Positions 9,045 through 17,800 of a stretch of DNA of 64,000 nucleotides are shown here, piece after piece. Location: contig SMSO01000014.1 of assembly GCA_004764695.1 (NCBI GenBank), forward strand, positions 3,591,648 to 3,655,647. Direction: 5' to 3'. This stretch comes from Schizochytrium sp. TIO01. Lineage: Eukaryota > Protista > Bigyra: Labyrinthulomycetes. The notes beneath the pieces are model-generated. The model had not been told where the DNA came from and made no database searches. It saw nothing but the letters and a program-made list of their open reading frames with translations. How positions within the stretch are numbered: position 1 is the stretch's first letter; each line of letters begins with the position of its first letter. The position numbers and the translations under genes were made by a program.

Positions 9045-12000
9045 ATGAGCCGCGCTGCTGCATCTATGCGTCGGTTTCAGTGGCGTTTATTCACATTCGG
9101 TTCTGATGTAACACCCCGCTCCGCTCGTACAGGTCGTTCTTTGCTAGACAGCATCAGCCATCAGGTGCCGTGGAGGCCCATGACGACGATGCCTGCGCTT
9201 AGCGAAGCGACTCTGGAGTCTAAACCGAAGAAAAGCCGTGGTCGTGCTCGGAAAACAAAGACCGCAGTAGAGCTTGTAGCTGAGAGGCAGGAGCAGCAGC
9301 GTCTGGCATCGCAAGAGGAGGCTATTAGACTCCAAAAGGGTGCAAAACCCATCTTAGCCCAGTTCTTAAGGATTAAAGAAGAGCTCCCGGACCATGTTAT
9401 TCTGTTTCGCATGGGCGACTTTTACGAATGCTTTTTTGATGACGCTAAGATCGTTGCGGAGATGTTAAAAATTACCCTCGGGCGCAGATATGGTGAGTAT
9501 ATGTGTGGAATTCCGCACCATGCGCTCAATAGGTACTTAAAGCAGGTGCTAGAGCTCAACGTGAGAATTGCGATCTGTGAACAAGACATCAACGGCAGGA
9601 AAGAGGCAACACCAGGCCCATCCTCCTCAGTAGAGTCATCTGAATCAGCAACATCAAAATCGAAGAACACGCGTGAAAAGACCGCGAGCACTATTGTACG
9701 TCGCGAAATTAGAAGAATTCTTACACCCGGAACTGTGACCGATGATGAATTCCTGGAGAGGAGCGAGCAGAATCTCTTGGTGGCAATTGCGTCTGACGGT
9801 AAACGTACAAAGCCTAGCTATGGTCTTGCTCAGCTTGATCTCTCTACTGGTGAGGTGGCAATGGCGCCTCTCGGTTCTGCGAAAGATCTAGAATTCAACC
9901 TATCACGGTTTAAAGCGAAAGAACTCATCATGCCGCGCTCTCTTGCAAGCCTCCCAATTTTGGTTGTTGACGAGGGTATTCGCACAGGAGCATTGGAAAG
10001 CTTAGACGTCGGCCGAGATGATGGTGGAGAAGTTGACCAGCACTTATCAACGGAGCACATGGACGAGGTGGAGGGAATACCAACTAGTAAAAGTGATCAG
10101 TTTGATTCCTTTCACCTAGATGTCATTCGATGTCCAGCGCTAGGCAATTGTTGCTCTTCGTTTCGGCCAGATAACACATTCGACGCGAGCTCGCTCGAAT
10201 CTGTCCTGGATGAAGCAGGATCCATGGAGGAGGTCCCAATAAATAATCTATCTCCTGCGGAGCGTGCTGCCTTGGTTGGCGTGCTCGAGTACGGACGGTT
10301 TGTGCTACGAGGAAAGGTCCCTCACGTGTCAATGTGTGAACGTAACGATTTCTCTAGCTCTAAACTAAGCGCAATGGAGATTGACCCAGCTGCATTGAAG
10401 AGTCTAGAGATTACCCAGACCATCACCGGACGTAAGCGGGGCTCGCTTTTGCACACCATGGATCGAACCATAACTCCGGGCGGTTCACGACTGTTGGGAA
10501 ATGGTCTTCGTACCCCATTCGTCGAGAAGGAGCGCATTGAAGGCCGTCTCAACGCAGTGGATTTTCTTAAATCATCTCTTGAAGCCCGTCATGTAATTCA
10601 AGAGCATTTACGCAATATCTCGGATCCGCACCGCAGCTTGCAGCGTATTGTGGACTCTACATGGCTTAAGCGAGATTTGGCTGTGCTAGCTATTATGCTC
10701 GACCGAGCGGGGAAACTTGCGGATGACCTCGAGCATATTTTTCATACAGAAGCTGAAATTCACCAGCAGCATTCACAGCAGCACCAGCAAAGGATGGCAC
10801 CAGAAGCCCCCTCCTCGCTACGTGTTAGCGTACAACGAATCCAAGAACTTCGAGTCCAGCATGCAAAATTGTTCAGCGAATATCGCAACGGAATTGTTAC
10901 AGACCCAGAAGTGATCACGCTTTTCGATTCCGAACCAACAAAGAAACGGCGGCGTAAGAACACAGCGACAAGCGAGGGCGTTGATGATGGTGCGTCTGAC
11001 GAAGATGGCAATGCAGATGCGTCTAAATCTGAGGAAGGAGTCCTTCATTTAGTTCCAGGTGATATCAAAGTTGGTTTCTCTCCGGAGCTCGATAAATTTC
11101 GTGAACTAAGGTCAAACAAACGAGGTGTCGTGCAGCAAATGGAGAAAAGCTTTCAAGAAATGTTTGGTATTCAACGCCTAAAGGTTGATATGCGGCGAAA
11201 TGGGATGCTCTATATTGAAGTTCCAGCCAAAGAAGCAGAAGGACTTCCTGCGGATGCTGGATTGCGCAAGATACAAGAGTTGCGAGGAAGATCTCGGTAC
11301 CGGCACCCCGACCTTGTGGAGCTTGAGGTCGACATGCTCAAAGCTTCAGAAGATGTATCTGCCATGGAATCCAAGCTAGCTAAACAATTTTCAATGCGTA
11401 CACGAGACTACTCGAGCAAAATTCGCGAAGTCGCAGATGCGTTAGCTGAAATAGATGTCATCAACAGCCTTGCCACCTTGGCTGAAGATATGAACCTTAA
11501 TCGTCCAGTTCTTGTCGATGAACCAGTAGCCCACATATCTCAAGGCCGTCATTTAGTTGTCGAAAGTCAAAGCCGTGGCACTGGAGGTGGTCCACGGTCA
11601 TTCGTCCCAAATCCTGTGTCTCTTTCATCGTCTGCCGATGAAGGCTCACCGGTCTGGCTCATTACAGGCCCAAACATGGGAGGAAAGAGTACTTATTTGC
11701 GCCAGAATGCGCACATCATGATTCTTGCGCAGCTTGGATCCTTTGTTCCTGCCAAAGAGGCTACGCTTGGCATTGTGGATCGTCTGTATTGCCGTGTAGG
11801 CGCTTCAGATGAACTTATTGCAGATCGGTCAACTTTCATGGTAGAGATGCAAGAGACTGCAACGATTCTGCGCCGAGCTACTAAAAATTCCTTCGTCATT
11901 GTTGATGAAATCGGGCGAGGCACCTCAACAAGAGATGGTTGTGCAATCGCACAGTCTGTGCTAGAAGCATTAGTCGATATTGGATGTCGAACATTATTTG

Positions 12001-12506
12001 CCACGCATTTCCATCAGCTACCTGCTTTGGTGTCTCCAGAGGAAGACCGTGTAGAACTGTTTCGCATGAGTTCAGTTTTCGACCCTGGATCAAACGAACT
12101 GATTTACCTGTATGAAATAGAGGAAGGTATTGCTGATAACTCCTACGGTGTGCATGCCGCACGCCTAGCAGATGTCCCTGAATCAGTTCTTTCTCGTACG
12201 GAGGAGCTCCTGAAGGAGTTTGACCAACAAACGCGTTTGGTCTCTGACTTTAGCTCTTTTGATAGCCAAACTAAAGGCTCAAGAAGAAAACCCGAGCTTG
12301 TGAATCCTCAGTCGGTCAAAGTCGAACTAGACTTTCCAGAACATGTCTTTGAAGTAGACCCGAGCACCTGGTCAAAGCTATCTCTGCCCCAACTTGACGA
12401 TCAGCTCCGTAACTTGGATACAAAATGCCTGAGTCGCCAAGATGCCCTCCGCGCCCTAGGAGGTGTGCAGGGATTTCTCCAAGCTCTGTTGCGACCTTCT
12501 CCTTAA
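9045..12506 (+). CDS. mutS: DNA mismatch repair protein MutS (bacterial MutS1-like / MSH1-type), probably mitochondrion-targeted
   Basis: Domain I LFRMGDFYECFFDDA (Phe-X-Glu), Walker A ITGPNMGGKSTYLRQ, STFMVEM, DEIGRGTST, LFATHFH and SYGVHAARLA. Arg/Ser/Ala-rich N-terminal extension resembling a transit peptide. First ATG 9045. Confidence 0.93.
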   Translation: MSRAAASMRRFQWRLFTFGSDVTPRSARTGRSLLDSISHQVPWRPMTTMPALSEATLESKPKKSRGRARKTKTAVELVAERQEQQRLASQEEAIRLQKGAKPILAQFLRIKEELPDHVILFRMGDFYECFFDDAKIVAEMLKITLGRRYGEYMCGIPHHALNRYLKQVLELNVRIAICEQDINGRKEATPGPSSSVESSESATSKSKNTREKTASTIVRREIRRILTPGTVTDDEFLERSEQNLLVAIASDGKRTKPSYGLAQLDLSTGEVAMAPLGSAKDLEFNLSRFKAKELIMPRSLASLPILVVDEGIRTGALESLDVGRDDGGEVDQHLSTEHMDEVEGIPTSKSDQFDSFHLDVIRCPALGNCCSSFRPDNTFDASSLESVLDEAGSMEEVPINNLSPAERAALVGVLEYGRFVLRGKVPHVSMCERNDFSSSKLSAMEIDPAALKSLEITQTITGRKRGSLLHTMDRTITPGGSRLLGNGLRTPFVEKERIEGRLNAVDFLKSSLEARHVIQEHLRNISDPHRSLQRIVDSTWLKRDLAVLAIMLDRAGKLADDLEHIFHTEAEIHQQHSQQHQQRMAPEAPSSLRVSVQRIQELRVQHAKLFSEYRNGIVTDPEVITLFDSEPTKKRRRKNTATSEGVDDGASDEDGNADASKSEEGVLHLVPGDIKVGFSPELDKFRELRSNKRGVVQQMEKSFQEMFGIQRLKVDMRRNGMLYIEVPAKEAEGLPADAGLRKIQELRGRSRYRHPDLVELEVDMLKASEDVSAMESKLAKQFSMRTRDYSSKIREVADALAEIDVINSLATLAEDMNLNRPVLVDEPVAHISQGRHLVVESQSRGTGGGPRSFVPNPVSLSSSADEGSPVWLITGPNMGGKSTYLRQNAHIMILAQLGSFVPAKEATLGIVDRLYCRVGASDELIADRSTFMVEMQETATILRRATKNSFVIVDEIGRGTSTRDGCAIAQSVLEALVDIGCRTLFATHFHQLPALVSPEEDRVELFRMSSVFDPGSNELIYLYEIEEGIADNSYGVHAARLADVPESVLSRTEELLKEFDQQTRLVSDFSSFDSQTKGSRRKPELVNPQSVKVELDFPEHVFEVDPSTWSKLSLPQLDDQLRNLDTKCLSRQDALRALGGVQGFLQALLRPSP

Positions 12507-12997
12507 AACTTTTGATGAAATAAAGAACAAACAACTGAATAGATTAGTGATCCACTTGAGCAGAAATCGAAGTATTATCAAGAAGTCAACATCTTTAATG
12601 AGAAATGAGGCAATGCGTAATAAGGGTCGTAGGTGCTTTCTATTTAAATCAACTATAATCTCCGAGCCTTCTCCGCTCCTAAAGCATACCCCAAACCCTC
12701 CATACCTATCTCCTGGAGATGAGATAAACCGACTGAGGTCATGTTAGACTAGAGAGCGGAAAATGCGTTGCGCGGCGGTTGCACGCGAGGGTTTCATCAA
12801 TATACAGGACCTAGTGTATATATGACATAAATTATGAATATATGATGGATAGTGTGCTTATAAACACGAGAGAGAGCATTCTGGTTGTCTCCTGTTTGTA
12901 TGTTCTTTAAATCATTAATCTCAAGAAACGGGATGCAGCAAATCAGCAACCCTTGAAGTCTTTCAAGTCCACTGCGAGGGCCGTGGTCATTATCATC

Positions 12998-14395
12998 ATG
13001 GCGGGTTCGGCCGCGTTCAAGCTTCCTGGGAACGTTCAGGTGCGCCGGAGGACGGCTCGGACGCAGGAGAAGAGTGACGATGCCGGAAGTAGTCGTGTGA
13101 ACAAGAGAAACGGCAGCGATAAGGATGGGCAAGGAGGCAAAAATGCTGCTCAAAGTAAAAGTTCTATGAGAAACAGTCGTGAGCCTGAAGAATTTAGCTT
13201 CAGCGACGTGGAGGACAGCGATTTTGAGGAAGACCTTACTGGCAATATGGAAATGATGAATCAGAGCAACGAGAACAGCGGTACCGCTGCAGGCAACACG
13301 CGTAAGCGCAAGTCGGCGGCCGAGGTCCTCAGGGCCAGCAAGACCGCTCGTGCTCGGAAGAACCACAGTGATAATGACGATAAGGATGATGAAGGTGGTG
13401 ATGTAAAGCCACCAAAACAGCAGAGGCAGAAACAGCAAAAGCCAAAACCCAAACAGAAGCCAAAGTACCCCAAAGGTATTGCCTTTGCGGTCGATGAGGC
13501 TATGCTTGAATCGGACGGACCTAAATTGGGGCAGTGGGTTCACGAAGCGCTCGGAACAATAATGGAGAATGAACTCAAGGCCTTAGAGGATGTATACAAA
13601 GGGGAATTCTCTGGTGTACTTGATGAATGTAAGTTTCAGAAACAACTGATTGGTAGAGCATTCACTATTAAGATGTTACAACCAACACTACCCTTCACGA
13701 GTGGTCAAGACCATGGAAACATCTTGCAATTTACACATCGTTGCATCATCGAACGTGCTCAACTAACTTCTCTGGGGGATTTATTCCCAATATTTTTGTA
13801 TGCAGTACGTCAATCAAGTGAAAAGGTTTTGCAAAGGGTCAAAAAGGAACTTACAGGTAAGAACGGTGCGGTGTTGGATGATCAGATTGAACAACCTAAG
13901 CCAAAGCCTAATCCTAAAAATCAGCAGTATCGCCAGCGGGAAGCTGAGCTCAAAGCTCTTGTTGAGGAATATAAGCGAGAACTTGAGGAGTGGAAACATG
14001 TTGAGGAGAACCGTTGCCAACAAAAGGAAGGTAGCGTGAAGACCGAGCCCGCCACCTCTCAGGATGGTCAAGGTGCTACAGTACCAAACGACGATGCCAA
14101 GGATACTGCTATTGCTTCCGATAGTGCTTCTAATTCCTCCAAAACAGAAAGCCCGCATATGCTTAAACGGGAATCTTCTGAACTTGATAATGCATTCCGC
14201 TCTACATTGGACAAGACTGTGGCACAACTCCAGGTTCTTAACGCAAGATTACGTGGTGTCAAGGCTTTAGCCTTGGCAGGCAAGCAGACGTCTACAAAAC
14301 TTGCGCAGCGTGTTGATATGGGTGCATTTGAAGCTTACGAAGACAGGTCTAAGCCAAATAAACTCATCAAGGCTCTCGTTTCGGACTATCAGTAA
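12998..14395 (+). CDS. Putative kinetochore MIS12-complex subunit DSN1/Mis13-like protein
   Basis: Motif KPNPKNQQYRQREAELKALVEEYKRELEEWKHV resembles the Dsn1/Mis13 PNP.N...coiled coil...W motif. C-terminal PNKLIKAL helix. Disordered basic N-terminus with RKRKS-type sites. First ATG 12998. Confidence 0.55.
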   Translation: MAGSAAFKLPGNVQVRRRTARTQEKSDDAGSSRVNKRNGSDKDGQGGKNAAQSKSSMRNSREPEEFSFSDVEDSDFEEDLTGNMEMMNQSNENSGTAAGNTRKRKSAAEVLRASKTARARKNHSDNDDKDDEGGDVKPPKQQRQKQQKPKPKQKPKYPKGIAFAVDEAMLESDGPKLGQWVHEALGTIMENELKALEDVYKGEFSGVLDECKFQKQLIGRAFTIKMLQPTLPFTSGQDHGNILQFTHRCIIERAQLTSLGDLFPIFLYAVRQSSEKVLQRVKKELTGKNGAVLDDQIEQPKPKPNPKNQQYRQREAELKALVEEYKRELEEWKHVEENRCQQKEGSVKTEPATSQDGQGATVPNDDAKDTAIASDSASNSSKTESPHMLKRESSELDNAFRSTLDKTVAQLQVLNARLRGVKALALAGKQTSTKLAQRVDMGAFEAYEDRSKPNKLIKALVSDYQ

Positions 14396-14852
14396 CTTGT
14401 GATATCCCATTTCTTTCTAAACTCAACCTCTAAGCGAAGAGCCCGCTTAAGCAACCCCTTCGCTGGCACTTCCCTGAATATCCAGCTGTAAAGTCACTGA
14501 TCCTGCAAAATCTGCGCATATATTTTCTATTCTAAAAAGTCTGCGGTAACGGTCTTTTTTTCTGTCCCTTTTGAATGACAAGGCCTTCTCCCATGTTTTC
14601 TTCTCTTTCTCTAGGTTCACTTTGGTAAAAGATCTCAGAAATGCATAGTAAACTGAAAGACAACTTTTACCCAGTAGATCTTTAAAAGACATATACATCA
14701 TATGTGCAACTTTATCTATACTCGTCACTTTCTCATCATTGAGAGAGTAGAAAAAGTATGCCTTCACAAAACTCCTAAATTGTTTATCTAACTAAGACTA
14801 ATGGACCTCATTTTCTACTTTAGTACATTCATACTTCATACAAGTGCTTTAC

Positions 14853-17800
14853 TCAAGTGGCTAAGTCTTGTGCTGCATTCAATAACATGTCAAGCTCATC
14901 ACGAAAGTGTCTGATCTCAGCATTCTTCGCTGCAAGAACTGCCTCGAAGCGGGCTTCAGCACTATGCAAGTCCATATCTGCACGATGCTTAACATTTTGC
15001 ACAATCAGTTCTAATTCCCGCTCACGAGCAAGAAATCTATTTTCCATATCATTGAGCCTGCGCGTTAAAGCTTGCTGCTGAATCATAGAAGGCGTCGGGG
15101 GCTCGTCGAGCTGTCTTTGTGCTTCCGTGAGACGTGCCTCTAGCTCTGCATTAGCCAATCGCAACCTTCGAACTGCTTCCTCGGACCGCTCAAGTGCAAC
15201 AGTCCAACGCTCTGCAACGCGAGCATTCTCAGTTTCAAGAGCTTGGACCTTTTTGAGTAGCTTCGCCTCCACCTCGCTTGGTACAACATCGTCCGGTGCA
15301 AATCTTGGGTTGTCTGCATTCAAGCCCACGGTGTTGTTTTTTCGAGAAGAAGTTGAGTTCTCTCCATTTGTGTCGCTGCTGTGTGGTCTATTGTTGGACT
15401 CGCGAAGCAAAGCAACCAAGGCTGACGTTTCGTCCTCTGGGTTTTCCTCGAGATTGGTGGTATTCTCTCGAGTCGGTGATGCAAATCCCTCTTCAGGATG
15501 TGACATAATCCGAGGACTCATTGTGTTGCGATGCTTACCGAGATGGATCTGCTTCAGCTCTGTCTTGAGATTTGCATTTTCTTCTTGTAGAGAGTTAAGG
15601 CGTAACTCCAAGGATGATGAAGCGCGTTTGCCTTTTCCAGACAAAGTTTCTTCTAGTTCCTCGACACGGGCCTCAAGAGCAGTTTTTGCAGCTCGCAGTT
15701 TATCCAAGTCTCGGTGGAGTGAAGCGGTCGATGTGTTTATCGGCCCCTCGCGGCGTGCTAAACGCAACGAAGTACTTGACTTTTTTGACAGATCCTCAAT
15801 TTTCTTACGATAAAAGTCTCGGACACGTGTAAGCTCCTGCTCTAGTTGCAGAATCCGCGCTTCTTGTGATGTTGAGCTCGAAGAAGGAACTCCCTCATGA
15901 TGCCCGGAAGCACGGTTACCATCTGTTCCACTATTCATCTGACTAGACGATTCTTTCCCGGAGGCATCTTGTGTATGCGAACGGGCTGATGCATCACCAC
16001 GCTCTTCTAAAAGACGTTCATACCGGAGTTTGACACGTTCATGTTCTTGCCTGAGTGACCGCATACGGGCTGCATGAGTTTTGCTCTTTGACTGAAGCTC
16101 CTCTTCGAGAGTTTCAATTTGTTGGCGTAACTCACGCCTGGTCTCCTTCTCACTTTCTGAAGGACCAGCAGCCAGGATAAGGTTTGCAATACAGTCTGGG
16201 TTCCGTTTAAGAAGAGCCTCTTCAAGCTCTTTCACTTGTTTCTCCAATGAGCGAATGCGCTTTAAGTCAGCAGGTAAAGATTGCTTAATACGTCGGCCAT
16301 TCGAATCAGGCTCTCCAATTTTCCTTTTCACTGGAGAACCAGACTCTAGGGCGCGAATACGTTCCTGCTGCTCATCAATGATTTTCGCGTGCTCTTCAAG
16401 CAATTGCTGGTTCTCAACGTACCAGGCAAGCTTATCTTTTAATGCTTTTGCCTCCGATAGATGCTCAAAGCGAGCCTCTGCTAACTCTTTTCGCAACTCC
16501 TGAACAACTTTCTGCGCAGATGCATTTTCTTGTTGTTGCTGAGCTTCTTTCAAGGCGGCCTCAAACTTGACTTTTTCATCTGCATGTTTTATCTTAAGTT
16601 CTGCAATCTCATCTTGTAGTGCACGTACCTGCTCATCTGCAGACAAAGCTTTACGAAGCTCCTTAGCATCAGCAGCACTATTGGTGTCTTGTGAATTTAA
16701 ATCGATGCCAATTCTCATGTTGGCTCTATACATTTCCTGACGCACCTCCTCAGCATGTGCCTCCGCATCTCGGAGGCGCGCCACTAGCTTTTCATTTTCC
16801 TTTTGGTATCCCGCCAAAAGTCGGTCTTGTTCTGCCATCTCTTTTTCGATGCGCGCCACTTCTTCACGTGGCAATGCCGCGTCAGTGCTTTCCCTTAACA
16901 CAGTACGAAGAGAGGCGCGCACAGCATTTGTGGCATTTATATCTTTCAATTCAGCATGCAAGCTAAAAATTTCTGCCTTTTGGGTGTCCACTGTTGTCCG
17001 CAGTTCTCGCTCACGAGCTAGCGTTACCTCAAGTTCACGAGCAGACTCAAGGCGTAGCTCTTCGGAAGCTGCCAACTGCAGCTGGAGTTCATGAACCTCC
17101 TGGCGCAGACGAACACTTTCTGTTTGAGTCCTGTTCCCTTGTTGCTGTCGCCCAACGGACTGCGTGACGCGATTTGAAGAACTACGCTGAGTAGTTCCAG
17201 TGGGAGGTGGCGGAGGTGGCGGAGAATAGGCTCGTCGATTCTCTCGAGGAGGCTTTTCTGAATCGCGGCCTCGCGATGCACCCTGTTCTTTTCGCAAGAC
17301 GCGCGTATGAACACTGCTAGATTTGAGATCGTACGTACTACTTCTGTTACGACCTTCAGATTTAGAAAGATTTGCAGCAATGGACAACGGCGGCGGGGGC
17401 GGAGGTGGAGTTGGAGGGGGAGGCGGATCAAGTTGTTGAGATGATGTGATCGGACTCCAAAACATTGCTTTGATCGCATCAGCACGAGAATTTGATTCTT
17501 CAAGTACGTCATGGTTTTCAACATGTTCTTCTCCTGCTTGACTGCCTTTTTCAGATTCTCCATCCTGCAACACAGACCTTGTAGAAGACGTCTGACTTTG
17601 ATCAGAACTCTCGTTTTCCTTGTCTATCACTAACGAGTCCATATCTCGACCAAGATTCCTTGCTTGGAATTGCTCCGTGTCAGAGATATGCTCAGGTTCT
17701 GGCGAAGGTGGTGTCATTGGCCGCGGAATAGTCGGTTCACCAAATACATCGTCTGAGTGCCGAGCCGTAGGATGGGCCAATTTGGCGTTATCTGTGTATA

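Noticed and set aside
12797-13543. 248 aa hydrophobic minus-strand ORF
   Set aside because: Antisense mirror of the Lys/Gln/Asp-rich DSN1-like coding region.
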